Below are positions 1-13,190 of a stretch of DNA of 64,000 bases, in pieces. The DNA lies in assembly GCF_006345805.1 (NCBI RefSeq), contig NC_043008.1, positions 13,826,001 to 13,890,000 on the forward strand. Reading direction: 5' to 3'. This DNA is from Octopus sinensis (taxonomy: Eukaryota). A program made the translations under genes and the position numbers. Position 1 is the stretch's first letter. The number at the start of each line of letters is the position of its first letter. The notes beneath the pieces are model-generated. The model ran no database searches. It saw nothing but the letters and a program-made list of their open reading frames with translations, and was not told the origin of the DNA.

Positions 1-285
1 GACACGTGTACCCTTAACGTAGTTCTCGGGGATATTCAGCGTGACTCAGAGAGTGACAAGGCCGGCCCTTTGAAATACAGGTACAACAGAAACAGGAAGT
101 AAGAGTGAGAGAAAGTTGTGGTGAAAGAGTACAGCAGGGATCACCACCATGCCCTGCCGGAGCCTCGTGGAGCTTTTTAGGTGCTTTCGCTCAATAAACA
201 CTCACAACGCCTGGTCTGGGAATCGGGATCGCGATCCTACGACCGCCAGTCCGCTGCCCTAACCACTGGGCCATTGCACCTCCAC
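1..285 (-). mobile_element. tRNA-derived SINE, family C (cut by window start)
   Basis: Reverse strand begins gtggaggtgcaatggcccagtggttagggcagcggac (tRNA-like A box). Near-identical to 43716-44088 and shares its head with 62859-63151. Confidence 0.9.
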
Positions 286-807
286 ATTATCACTACAGTT
301 GAATATTTAATAGTTAAGAGAAATTTCATGATAGGTTTATTTGAAATGTAGATGTGAATGATGAATATTTGTGTAGGTATCCAATATCAAGTTAGAATAA
401 GTTGATTTCTGATCTCAAGTGAGAGTTTAAAACTGATTTATTTCAAACAGCGTGTACTTTTCTGAGAAGAAACACAATACTGTCAAAGTATTTGATTGGA
501 TAACACGAATAAGAGTATGTCTTCTCCTGTCACGTATTTGTATTTGCTACATACTGGACCGCTTGTCTCAAACTATTTACAACATTAACAGGAAACAACT
601 GAAAATAAATTTCATACGCCATTAATGTGCATCAAAATATAATAGATATGCAGATCAGATATACATAATATATACAGTATGTTAAATATATTAAAACAAA
701 TGGGATTAAGGTTAAAAAAAATTTACTCATTAACTTTAACAGAGAGCAATGTTAATAAACCTAACCCATGGTCATATGACAGGTTCAAATCAAAATATAT
801 ACATACA

Positions 808-972
808 TACGAAAGTCCTCTTTCAGTTTCCGTCTACCAAATCCACTCACAAGGCTTTGGTCGGCCCGAGGCTATAGTAGAAGACACTTGCACAAGGTGA
901 TACGTAGTGGGACTGAACCCGGAAACATGCGGTTCGTAAGCAAGCTACTTACCACACAGCCACTCCTATGCC
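808..972 (-). mobile_element. tRNA-derived SINE family A, 5' half
   Basis: Matches the head and body of the full copies at 2270-2672 and 51874-52268 (ggctgtgtggtaagtagcttgc...ggtagacggaaactgaaag). Confidence 0.9.
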
Positions 973-2269
973 TATAATGTCCATGTGTGTGTTTAAGCGT
1001 GCGTTCGTGTATTTGTGTGTGTATGCGTTCGTGTGTATTTATGTATATATAATTCATGGTCTCATAACACGGTCCGAAACGGTTTTCTGTAACGAACACA
1101 AAGTGCTCAATGATAAGACTTTAAAATCCAAGTATTGAATCACGTTTAAAACAAATACACACTTGTTAGATATGTTAGAATTTAAGTCAACTGTTCCAGA
1201 ATTCGCTAAAGTGTATCAACTACATTTCCCATCTCAGCTGTGTAGTATATATTTGTGTAAATCGTGTAAACACGATGTAGAGGAGAGACTGTATGGTTGT
1301 TAGCACTTTGTCAGAAGTCCAAATCACTATTCTGTAACAGATTAAGCTGCCAAGAAGCAAAACGTCCACTCCCTTTGCCTAACTGAGAAAACCTTGGATC
1401 AAGTAACAAGAACCGTGGCTTTGTTACGTCGGTTCCCCGATGCATTCTAAGCTTTAACTTTCAGGAATTAAACAAATTTGTGCTTTCAGAAACACCTGAT
1501 ACTTGTTAGGGTGGAGGAGAGAATCAATGCCTTGAGTTGGTCTTATTGACGTCACCAATGTGACAAACCTTTCTTAATTTAATTATGCCATTAGATAAGG
1601 ATTTTTACAAGCAGGAAAACAACCATGATTTTTTTACATTGCAGAATTGAGTCTACTAAGGTTATAAAGCTATAATTTATATAATTCATGGAGGTGATGA
1701 ACGGCAAACTCTTACTGGATTGATACACGTCACTCTGATTTACAGGGGCAAGAAAAAAATTTTTGTCACAGAAAAAGTAAATAGTTTGCAGGGTTTAAGA
1801 ATTCATTTCAGAGAAAAAAGAATTACAAGCTAAGGAGCGAAATCGGATCATTGTTTACACGAACTGTGATAAGTTTCAATCTCACAAGACGTCATCAGAT
1901 TTACAAAATTGTCTCGAACTAATGGACCTCTAACTTCATAAGTCAAAATAGATTTATTAATAATTTATTTTATAGTAATTGGCATAATTACATAAAAATA
2001 AAACGGTGATGGGAAATAATTACAGGTTTCCATAAGTAACCATGAAAATATTTGAAGTTGTTATTTTGGGGCAAAATTAGGCCAAATACCAATACAAAAA
2101 TCGCTGTAACTCAATTTCCTACTGTTTCAAATTATTTCTTGCCAACGAAAGCAATTTCGAGCAAAATGCTTAGTGGTAAGTGCGGAAGTGCCGTAATACC
2201 TGGCAACGAAAATATGTCTAAAAATATATATTTTTTGTAAATTATTTACCGGCATAGAAACTTGTTCTA

Positions 2270-2672
2270 GGTGTGGGAGTGGCTGTGCGATAAGTAGCTT
2301 GCTTACGAACATCATGGTTCTGTGTTCAGTCCCACTGCGTGGCACTTTGGGAAAGTGTCTTCTGCTGTAGCTTCGGGCCGACCAAAGCCTTGTAAGAGAA
2401 TTTGGTAGACGGAAACTGAAAGAAGCCCGTCGTATATATATATATGTATATATATATATATGTATATGTATATGTATGTGTGTGTATATGTTTGTGTGTT
2501 TGAGTTTGTCCCCCCAACATAGCTTGACAACCGATGCTGATGTGTTTACGTCCCCGTAACTTAGCGGTTCGACAAAAGAGACCGATAGAATAAGTACCAG
2601 GCTTACAAAGAATAAGTCCTGGGGTCGATTTTCTCCAGCATGGTCACAGTCACATGACTGAAACAAGTAAAG
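2270..2672 (+). mobile_element. tRNA-derived SINE family A, near full length, internal (TA/TG)n
   Basis: A box, gttcagtccc B-box-like motif, CORE-like ttgggaaagtgtctt, tail atgactgaaacaagtaaa. Many homologues in the window. Confidence 0.93.
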
Positions 2673-4727
2673 GTGTAAAAGAGAGTTTTTCTTTGAAAGT
2701 TATCAACCATGACTTGAAGAGTTCTTTTTCAATATAATTACAAATTATAAAATATTGCCTACTAACAGAATTCCACAAGTCAAAACTTTTAATGAACGTA
2801 CTCTATCGCACCCTATAAAATATATCAAGAGAAAATCCATTCAATTTTTTTTTTTCACTCATTAAATTACTTATGCTAGAATCCTGTTGTTTAAATTTTT
2901 GATATGTACCTAACCTCTTAACATAATAAACTTAACCTAATATCACTTCTTAGTGATGTCCCTATTCCTGCAAAAATAACACCATCCTTTATGAATTTAG
3001 TATCGACGTTAATAAGGTTATTCTTCAGTGTAGGTATTGTAGATTTTTAAAATTAATATTTAACCTTGTGTAATCTACCATATATATTGAGAATCAGATT
3101 TGTATCAATTTTTTATTGACATTCATTGGCAACATGCTGTAACTGGGCCATGATCTTTATATAACTTTTAGCAGCATAAGTTCAAAACCATTCAACATAT
3201 CAAATCAACAGCTTTGAAATTCCATCATTATTCATAATCACAATAATGGCAGAAACACCCAATGCAATGTACCTTATTATAGGCAGGAATTGAATCAATA
3301 ATCTATGCCATATAAATCCCATAACTGAACCAAGTAGTCAATACCCCATTACAACGAATTAAATATTTTGCAAAATGGCCAGGTAATAAATCCAATTTGT
3401 ATTTCTTTTTTTATATTTGTTATTCGTTGTTTGCATTGAAATTCATTTCCATTTTAATATGATAATATTATGATGCAAAATAATAGAAATAAGTGAAACA
3501 TTAAATGTAAGAAATGGAAAATAAATGATGTATCAGTAGGAATATTATAAATAAATAACAAATTAAATGGAATCCCTTCTCTATTCGGGATTTCTAAATT
3601 GCCTTCATTAATCACAATATAATGTTAGAATTATTTTCTAACAAATTATTCAGAAAGAAATATTTCTGAATGTTTCTCGTTCCTTTTCTCGATAATATTG
3701 AATATTTTTAATATAAATTTCATGAACTCTTAAATCATTTTTCTTTCATGTTGAATCCCCATCAAATAAAACGAAAGTGCTTAAAAAATTGATTTAAAGT
3801 TAAATAGTGAAAGTAAGGCCACTTTGCTGATTATCATGAAGTATTCAATGTAATATATCATTCATTAAATTGAATTGTTTGGCCAAAACTTTTAAAATAA
3901 ACGCAAGCCAAAAACGAAAGCATCCATAAATACAAACGATGAATCAACGTTAACGATGTTATTCTTCAATTTATGTATTGTAGATTTTTAAAATTAATAT
4001 TAAACATTCTATACTAGAGTGCTTCAGTTTAATGGACATTTGCTTTTTATTTTTCATCTCAACATCCCGATTTGTATTTTATTGCCGTTTCCGAGACCTA
4101 TCTAAATGGGTCACCTGACTGCTAGACAGGTAAGATAAGTGACAGCAGTTCGAATAGCAGCACTGGCTTAGCCACATGCTCAGATTTAATATATTTGCGG
4201 TTTGATGATTAATTCATCCTTGATTAAATAAGGTTATTACATAAGGAAATCACTGGACCAAGCAAAGCAACAATAAATTGTATTTCGTTACGAAATAACG
4301 TTTCCATATCCAACACAGTCAGCGTTCAATAGTCAGTCAATCTGTGCGTAAAGCGCATTTAAGTTGATATCACGTGCCATCCGCCCGCCACTTGCCATTC
4401 GCATCCTTAGCGATTCCCTGCTAAGTTGATATGGAAAATGCTTATAGCCATTGGAATGATAGGAAATGAGCGAAAGGTAGTTGTGCGTAGGATAGTTATA
4501 AAATATGAGAGAGGAGTTGAGGTGGACATCAGTAGGAAAAGATGAGCAGTAATTTAGCCGCCTCGACTGACCCACCAACTGGTTAGAGTTCAGTGTCGAA
4601 ACATCCGACGATTGTTGGATACCGTCTGATGACATCAGTTCCTTTTCACCAAACTCCATTCACTTCGGTGATAGCAAAATTAGCAAATTCTAGGTATTGT
4701 TAATAATACACATACACACACACACAT

Positions 4728-4773
<46 letters not shown>

Positions 4774-4977
4774 TATATATATATATATATATATATTTAA
4801 GACTTTAGCTCTTCTTTCCAGCAGTTGAATGGTTTTTAGGCATCATTACACTTCGTGCAAAATTATATATATATATATAGTTAATCCAAACAAGAAAACA
4901 CAAAAAAACACAACAACGCGAGGACGTGGAACAAATATAGTATTATTGGACGCTCAGGAAAGAAGGGAAGAAGGAGG

Positions 4978-5012
4978 GTTTAACATTTCGAGCGGAACTC
5001 TTCGTCGGAAAC
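4978..5012 (-). ncRNA. Minimal hammerhead-like motif (CCGACGA core), probably decayed
   Basis: gttt-CCGACGA-a-gag ttccg ctc-GAAA-tg-UU-aaac. Stem I gttt/aaac, stem II gag/ctc. The stem III palindrome acgt appears mutated to atgt. Confidence 0.5.
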
Positions 5013-5269
5013 ATAGGAGAAGGAAACATCCCGAGAAGGGAAGACAGAGGAAAAAAATCGCCAACGGTACACACGAGGTCACATTTTGAAAAAGAAAAAG
5101 CACTCACACAGACACACACAGGTCAAACAGGGCGCTTTGAAACCCAACACGTGACTAGAGATCGGGATTAGTGGGTTCGATCTTCCGCTGCAGTTATCAG
5201 GGTAGTGGCCGTGTACGGTATACAAACCGAATAATAGAAATGATAATAATAATAATAATAATAATAATG

Positions 5270-5319
<50 letters not shown>

Positions 5320-5321
<2 letters not shown>

Positions 5322-5652
5322 AAAGAAACGGATACATTCTCAAAATACAAAGATCAAGAAATAGGGATAATCCGAACGTGGAGTCTAAAAACGGAAAATA
5401 AATCCCTATAATATTAGGGGCATTAGATATGATTAAAAAACTTACAGAGAAGTACGTAACCAACGCATCAGCTCTTACGAATATACAAAACCTACAGAAA
5501 ATATCACTCCTAAACATCGCACGCATCCTACGTAAGGGACTTTCAATACAGTGAAAATAAGAACACCAGAACAAATCACATCGCGTATCCGAGGGACACA
5601 GTGCCAGCGCTCGGTGGTTTTATGACATCACGTAATAAAAATAAGACTACTG

Positions 5653-5653
<1 letters not shown>
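5320..5653 (+). mobile_element. 3' end of an R4/Dong-like (RLE-type) non-LTR retrotransposon, copy 1, degenerate
   Basis: Frameshifted translation KYKDQEIGIIRTWSLKTE / IPIILGALDMIKK...LQKISLLNIARILRKGLSIQ* resembles the C-terminal RLE region. Flanked on both sides by (AAT)n. Confidence 0.8.
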
Positions 5654-5711
<58 letters not shown>

Positions 5712-5887
5712 TAATAATAATAATAATGATAATAATAATAATAATGAGGATGATGATGATGTTGGTGATAATAATAATAATTGTTATAGAAGAAGAGAAA
5801 GAAGGAGAAGGAGGAGAAGAAGAAGAAGAAGAAGAAAAAGAAGAAGAAGAAGAAGAAGAAGAAAAGAAGAAGAAGAAGGTTTTACTA

Positions 5888-6100
5888 TAAAATATTCAGA
5901 CAAATACATAAAAACACCAGGACTTACAAACACATATAACATACAGAAAATTGCACTACTAGGCACTGCACACATCCTACGCAGAACACTTTCCATACAA
6001 TAACCCTCAGAGCATCACAACAAATCACAGCACATACCCAAGGCACACAGAGCTGCGCTCGGTAGTGAAGTGAAGCACGCTATAAAAATAAAACTACTGA
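5888..6100 (+). mobile_element. R4/Dong-like 3' end, copy 2
   Basis: KYSDKYIKTPGLTNTYNIQKIALLGTAHILRRTLSIQ* (stop 6001-6003), then a 3' UTR ending ctactgaat(aat)n. Confidence 0.85.
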
Positions 6101-6114
6101 ATAATAATAATAAC

Positions 6115-6145
<31 letters not shown>

Positions 6146-6332
6146 TATAATAATAATAGTGATAATGAGGATTATGATGATGATGATAATAATAATAATA
6201 ATTGTTATAGAAGAGGAAGAGAAAAAAGAAGGAGAAGAGAAGAAGAAGAAGAAGAAGAAGAAGAAGAAGAAGAAGAAGAAGAAGAAGAAGAAGAAGAAGA
6301 AGAAGAAAAAGAAGAAGAAGAAGGTTTTACTA

Positions 6333-6544
6333 TAAAATATTCAGACAAATACATAAAAACACCAGGACTTACAAACACATATAACATACAGAAAATTGCA
6401 CTACTAGGCACTGCACACATCCTACGCAGAACACTTTCCATACAATACCCTCAGAGCATCACAACAATCACAGCACATACCCAAGGCACACAGAGCTGCG
6501 CTCGGTAGTGAAGTGAAAGCACGCTATAAAAATAAAACTACTGA
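6333..6544 (+). mobile_element. R4/Dong-like 3' end, copy 3 (near-identical to copy 2)
   Basis: Same sequence as 5888-6100 apart from a few single-base indels. Offset 445 bp. Confidence 0.85.
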
Positions 6545-6558
6545 ATAATAATAATAAC

Positions 6559-6601
<43 letters not shown>

Positions 6602-6770
6602 GTGATAATGAGGATTATGATGATGATGATAATAATAATAATTGTTATAGAAGAGGAAGAGAAAAAAGAAGGAGAAGAAGAAGAAGAAGAAGAAGAAGAA
6701 GAAGAAGAAGAAGAAGAAGAAGAAGAAGAAGAAGAAGAAGAAGAAGAAGAAGAAGAAGAAGAAGGTTTTA

Positions 6771-7006
6771 CTATAACTGGCGCATTAGGTATGATAAAAC
6801 GTATTCAGACAAATACATAACTAAAACATACATATTTTCTGCATATAACATACAGAAAATAACACCACTAGGTGCCACACACGTCCTATGTAAAACACTT
6901 TCAATACAGTAAAAGTAAGATCACCACAAGAAACCACAACACATATCCAAGGCACTCAGAGCCGCACTCGGTGGTGCAGAGAAACACCTGATAAAAATAA
7001 GACTAC

Positions 7007-7009
<3 letters not shown>
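6771..7009 (+). mobile_element. R4/Dong-like 3' end, copy 4, diverged
   Basis: ITGALGMIK motif and a homologous 3' UTR, followed by (AGT)n. Confidence 0.8.
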
Positions 7010-7042
<33 letters not shown>

Positions 7043-8168
7043 TAGTAGTAGTAGTAGTAGTAGTAGTAGTAATGATAATAATAAACGAAAAAGGTGTCAT
7101 TCACTGCTTTATGTGACGTGCGCGAGCTTCATAAAAATGCCTTAAAATACCTCATTTCATCCTAAAACTATATTTGAAAGAGATATTTAGTAGAAACACA
7201 TACACTACTGCATACATACACGAAGACATATATTTATGCATATTTCTAAAGAGGTATTGTGATGTATAGTCTCTCTCTATATATGTCGTATATTTCTTTT
7301 ATTATTATTATGAAGCAAATTTATAACTATTTTGAATATTAGATATTCAACGTGACATAGACGATGAAAAGAAGTCACGGATGAAGGTGTAAACATGTTG
7401 AGATATGGAGCACGTTAAATTGAAAAGAAATTTAGTATTACGGAGATGGAGTGTATCATTACAAAACAAAAGACGTTAACAAAAGTAGGCGGCCATTGTG
7501 TTCCACAAGGAGAACAAACTTTCCTGTCAGCATAATAGTCTAACAGGAGACATCAAATCTATTGAAACCAATATCTTGAAGACTTTACATTGTGTTCTTG
7601 TAGGTTTGCAAGGAAAGGAGCTTAGCTTTTCTTTCTTTAGCAAATAGTAATCATGTTTCTCGTGAATAGACGAAGTGTAATTTTTACAATGATTTTGGGA
7701 ACAAACAATAGTAATTTTCATCTCTACATACAACATACAATGACAGTTACTATTATGAAGAATCTTAGTTTCAAGGAAAAAAAGGTGTGTTAATATTTGA
7801 GTAGCTTCCTTAGTGTCCTTATCCAAGAAAAGGACACTTTATTTTTGAAGCTGTCATACGCTCCTCCTTGGAATTTCACACAATGCAGCTGTGACAAGAA
7901 TCAGTCAGTAAATATTAGGCCGAATGTGTTTCCTAAATCTATTTGAGTCTATGAAATAGAAAAGAAGCACTAAAACTTCTGCTGCTTTCATTGTACTAAC
8001 TATATATTTGCCTTAGGCTTTTCTGTTTTAATTATGGAATTTGATTTGAACGGGCGTACTATAAAACATGAATGCAATATGACACACGAAAACTGACTAA
8101 TATGTATATATACATATAGATACACATACATATACATTTATATAATTTGAAACTGACTTATTGGAAGT

Positions 8169-8211
8169 CCACCTGAAGATTGTCGATCAAGACAAGAAAC
8201 GATTGTAGTGG
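8169..8211 (+). ncRNA. Minimal type I hammerhead ribozyme, intact catalytic core
   Basis: ccac-CUGAAGA-ttgtc gatcaa gacaa-GAAA-c gatt g-UA-gtgg. Stem I 4 bp, stem II 5 bp, short near-palindromic stem III. Predicted GUA cleavage after 8207. Confidence 0.75.
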
Positions 8212-8413
8212 CGGTTTTTTTGACTATTTATTAAAATTTTATGTATTGATTAAGTCTTTCCTTGTTTGTTTTGCAAAATAGTGGTTTTGTCTCTAATAAT
8301 ATTTTATAATATTTTACTATAAAATTGGATTTAATCCTAAATCTGATTTTTTTCCCTGTAAATTTGGATTTATTCCCTAATATTTATTATTATTATATAT
8401 ATATATATATATA

Positions 8414-8620
8414 AACCAGATGCAGCACGGACTTTGTCAGTGAACAGGTGGCGGATTTTAGCGACGAAAATATTTTGACAAATTAAACTTAAATGTTGGA
8501 GTGAATCGAACGGCTTTTGTGTGTTTCTTAAATGGCTTATAAACACCTTCCACGCTGCAATTGTTTTCGTTTCAGCACACGATCTCAGATCAAATTACTT
8601 GCTATGCGAGTACATCTCCG

Positions 8621-8623
<3 letters not shown>
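8414..8623 (-). repeat. About 200-bp interspersed repeat embedded in (TA)n (class uncertain, possibly PLE-derived)
   Basis: Reverse complement of 50632-50833. Both copies abut (TA)n at both ends. Confidence 0.75.
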
Positions 8624-8658
<35 letters not shown>

Positions 8659-11391
8659 TATCGATCTCAAACACCATAAATTTACACAGCCCTAAACTCT
8701 AACAACTGATTACTTCCAAATTTAGTTACATGCCTCCCTACCTTATTTATTCCATTACACATAAACTTTGTAACACGCTGCATCTACATGAAACGGAACG
8801 CTACTTTGGCGACCATTTTCTGAAAATTTTCAGAGTTCCGGACCGAATTCGGAATAAACCTCTGGACTAATTCTCCGAATCATATGCCCCATCTTCTTTG
8901 TGTCTGAATTTTACTAAACATTATGCTCCTTTATATTAGCATAGCTTCAAACTTGGCGCTGTGTCACTCATAAAACTTAGTTTTTTTTCAGTTTAATAAT
9001 TCATGTGTAAAAAACAAAACTCAGCACATTAACATGCACAGTAATATAGTTTAAGGCATTCACCCAAGTGGAATTTACCGCAGTATATTACTGACCCATA
9101 TATATTCTACTAGCCACATAAAAAAGGGAACATATCCCTCCATAAAGATTTGTATGCAATAGAACTCAAGTTTTAAAATTCATTAGGTAGTTCTATTAAA
9201 CGGAATAAAACATTACCATACGTGATTAGAGATGCTGATGAGAACGTTTTGAATTATTTTCTGCGAACGGTTGAACCCAACACTATCGACCGACATAAAT
9301 TATGGAGTTGATATGGCATCTAGCATCGCATATGTTTACATCTGGCATCTGTGTTCCTGATGGAAGATATTCAAGTTCATTTTTGTGTAGGTTTTGCATC
9401 AAATACCTATGAATGTTAGACCCAACAACAATTAATCAACGAACATAACTCTTCGGATTATACGTAATCTGTAGACACCATGAAACCTTCACCTTGATAT
9501 GCATTATGTAGTTCTTATATTTTTTTTATAGTTTATGTAATACGGTAACATTCCGAGTAATACTTTTGCAATCAATCATCCAAAAAGAATATTATCCCAT
9601 TTTTGAAACAATACAGGGAAAAGAGATGAAACGTAAATACAATACTAACACAATATATTACAACTTCTAACAACATAGGTTATATTGCCTGTTATAGTGT
9701 AGATACTGCCTTATCATCAGCAATGTTCTTTTTGAAGTATGGAGATAAGGTACGGCCTCAGTCGGGAGTCACATTCCATGATATAACTCGATTTCTCCTC
9801 GTTTTATTTTTACTTTTTAAAATCATTGAATAACGTCCACTTGTATCGCCGTTATTTTCGTTATCCCGTTGCTCTCTAGTATATGCGCTTCACCTTTGAC
9901 ATGTGATCAATATTTCATTTGAATTATAGCAACAAAAATTTTATTTTCCTCATCAATTGCTCTTGATAAGTTTTGCAAGCCAATAAAGATTCACACTTAC
10001 TCTCCAGCTTACAATTTGAAAGTGATGTGTGTGAAATTTAGTAAGTTCAATGATATATCACACATGTAATGTTATAACTTTACTCATATTGAAAATTCCT
10101 AAAGAATTCCCAGACATGCATAAATATGATTATGCAACCATCTGCAACATGTTTATCGCAAATATAGCTAGTTATCTCTAGCAAAATTTTATAGCTGTGT
10201 TGTGAAATAGTTTTGGAATTTCATTAATAACGACAATATGTACTCCAGACGCAGTTTCATTTTACGAATGCATTTTCACAATCAGGAACACAATGTTCAG
10301 TATAACCTATTAGAGACACTCATATATATGTATGCACACACACACACACACACACGCACGCACGCAGGCACGCACGCACACACACATACACACACGTACA
10401 TACACACACATATATATATAGATATATAGAAACATATATACATACATATTTGCATAGACACACACACATACACACACACACATACACACACACATGCGTA
10501 TGTATATATATATATATGGACAGAGAGAGAGAGAGAGAGAGAGAGAAATATAGCACGCATATATCTGTGTATCTATATGCGTGGAAGTAAACCTATGAAC
10601 ACACCTGTGTGTGTGTGTGTGTGTGTGTGTCTGGTTGTGTGTAAGTGTTTGTTTGTGTCTGTGTCTGTGCATGTGAGTGTTTTCACAAATTTTTCGTCAG
10701 CATAGAATATTATATACAAATTGACAAATTTAAGTTGCATTGCAATAGATATACTAAAACAAGAGGGAATCTTCTAAACATTCGCAGTGACTAAATTAGA
10801 AATTAAAATTACTGTGTGAATAAAATATTCTTCTGGTATTATATGTAGGAAGAAACGTCAAAACCAGAAAATATACATAATAATTGATTTTCACCATTGG
10901 CAATTCTACCTAATTAGACCTACATACCATTTCTGCACAGTTCAATTTATATTATTACTAGTTTCAAGTACAGCATAAATAAATTATGTCGTGACCAAAT
11001 GTCCACACAATAGACAGAGATATCACCTTCGATTCATTACTAAATAAATCAGGAAAATAGCACCTACAGCCATAATGCATATTATTGTGTCCCCTTGAAG
11101 GAGGGTAGTATATAAAGTCGACCACTGCTTTATTCGATATTAGTCAATAAATGCAATAAACCGATCGTGTATCCGCAGTAGACCAATATGTATATCATAC
11201 GTATAAGCTGAAGGAATATTTGACGTTTTAGAACTATAATATCGATGTTTTATACTAATGGCTTTCAGTAGGTTATGAATCAACCTTTTGTACGCTTGTC
11301 AAATCACTCGAAAATTAGAGAACGACTGTCCTAGAAGTTACACAAACTATCACACAGCTTGTGTTTATTCATACCTATTTATTTATTTATT

Positions 11392-11613
11392 TATTTATTA
11401 CCCACAAGGGTAAATAGAGTGGATAAACAAGGACAGACATAGGTATTAAGTCGATTACATCGACCTCAGTGCGTAACTGGTACTTATTTAATCGACCCCG
11501 AAAGGATGAAAGGCAAAGTCGACCTCAGCGGAATTTGAACTCAGAATGCAACGGCAGACGAAATACGGCTACGCATTTCGCCCGACGTGCTAACGGTTCT
11601 GCCAGCTCGCCAC
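11392..11613 (-). mobile_element. SINE family B monomer
   Basis: ggcgagctggcaga...gagttcaaattccgc.gaggtcgactttgcctttcatcctttcggggtcgat, shared with many copies. Confidence 0.9.
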
Positions 11614-12359
11614 CTTGGGTTTATTCATACACCACACTATAAATAAAGTCTCTGAACAAAATATTGGTGATATAGAATTTGATGATATGCGATGGATCTT
11701 TACCAATGGATCTTTGATGTTTATAAATTCATCATTTAACGTGATGGTTACGTATTCTTTGAAATATCTAAACAAAAATATATTCGTGAAATATTTCGGG
11801 GAGATTTCGATTCGTTGCTTCCTTAAATTACTTGGAGTAGATCTTCACTTAACACGTTAACAAAATTGCCAGTATCCTTGTATTTGCAGGAAGGCGAAAT
11901 AAGTAACAAGTATATTAATTCGCGATAGAAAATTAACATGCATTCAGAGGCAGAACTATCCTTTAAACATAAATGCGTCATGTTTAATGGATAAATATAA
12001 TTGTAATTGTATTTTTCAGTGAAAAACCATGTTTATTAAATGTAATAGAAATATATTTACATGCATCTAATCAATAATCGCTTCAACGTTTCATAGCTAC
12101 CTCATAATCTTCGTGTAGTTTTTATTAAAAGATATTATGGAAATGACGTTTTACGTATATTGTTGACACGTTTATTTACAACCCGAACACGTGACGGATT
12201 AGGTGAAACTGACATTGGCAATATGCTCAGAATCGCATTTCAATACAAAGATTGTTTTGATGTTTTTGAAATTGCTACTAGTGCCACCTACATTCTCTCT
12301 TAACGAACGCGCTTGCACAAAATTTGAATTCGTACTTTATTATTTCTGCTGATTTAACG

Positions 12360-12931
12360 TAGCGAATTGGCAGAAACGTTAGCACGCCGTTAGTATTTCG
12401 TCTGCCGCTACGTTCTAATTTCAAATTCCGCCGGGGTCGACCTTGTCTTGCATCATTTCGGGGTCGATTAAATACGTGCAAGTTACGACTGGGGTGGATA
12501 TAATCGACTTAATCCGTTTGTCTGTCCTTGTTTGTCCAATTTGTGTTTAGTCCCTCGTGGGTAGTAAAGAAATAAGTATTTCCCCTGCCGTTACGTTCTG
12601 AGTCAAAATTCCGCCGAGGTTGACTTTGCCTTTCATCCTTTCAGGGTCGATAATTTAAGTACTATTTACGCACTGGGGTCGATATAATCGACTTAATCCG
12701 TTTGCATGACCTTGTTTGTCCCTTCTGTGTTTCTCCCCTTGTGAGTAGTAGAGAAATGGGTATATCATCTGCCGCTACGTTCTGATTTCAAATTCCGCTG
12801 AGGTCGACTTTGCTTTTTATCCTTTTGGAGTCGATTAAATAAGTACCATTTACGCACTGGTGTCGATATAATCATCTTAATCCATTGTTTGTCTCCTCTA
12901 TGTTTAGCCCCTTGTGGGCAATAAAGAAATA
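12360..12931 (+). mobile_element. SINE family B head-to-tail trimer
   Basis: Three units of about 180-190 bp, each re-entering at gtat(t/a)tc after the aaagaaat tail. Confidence 0.9.
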
Positions 12932-13067
12932 CATATGCTCAGATTTTCATTTCAATACAAAGATTGTTCTGATGTTTTTGAAATTGCTATTAGTGCCACC
13001 TACATTTCCTCTTAATGAACGCGCTTGCACAAAATTTCAATTCTTACTTTATTATTTCTTCATATTT

Positions 13068-13190
13068 GAGGTGGCGATCTGGCAGATACGTTGGCACGCC
13101 GGACAAAATGCTTAGTGGTATTTCTTCTGCCTTTAATTTCTGAGTACAAAAGCCGCTGAGGCTGGCCCCAAAAATCTAAAGTAAGAGTAT
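13068..13190 (+). mobile_element. Diverged SINE family B fragment
   Basis: ggtggcgatctggcagatacgttggcacgccggacaaaatgcttag head. Confidence 0.7.

Noticed and set aside
4105-4145. Strong splice donor cag|gtaaga
   Set aside because: Weak acceptor, and stops in all three frames of the implied exon.
4595-4640. Type II hammerhead (GAAAC, hairpin, CTGATGA)
   Set aside because: Stem II and the A15.1-U16.1/NUH junction do not form; just two small hairpins.
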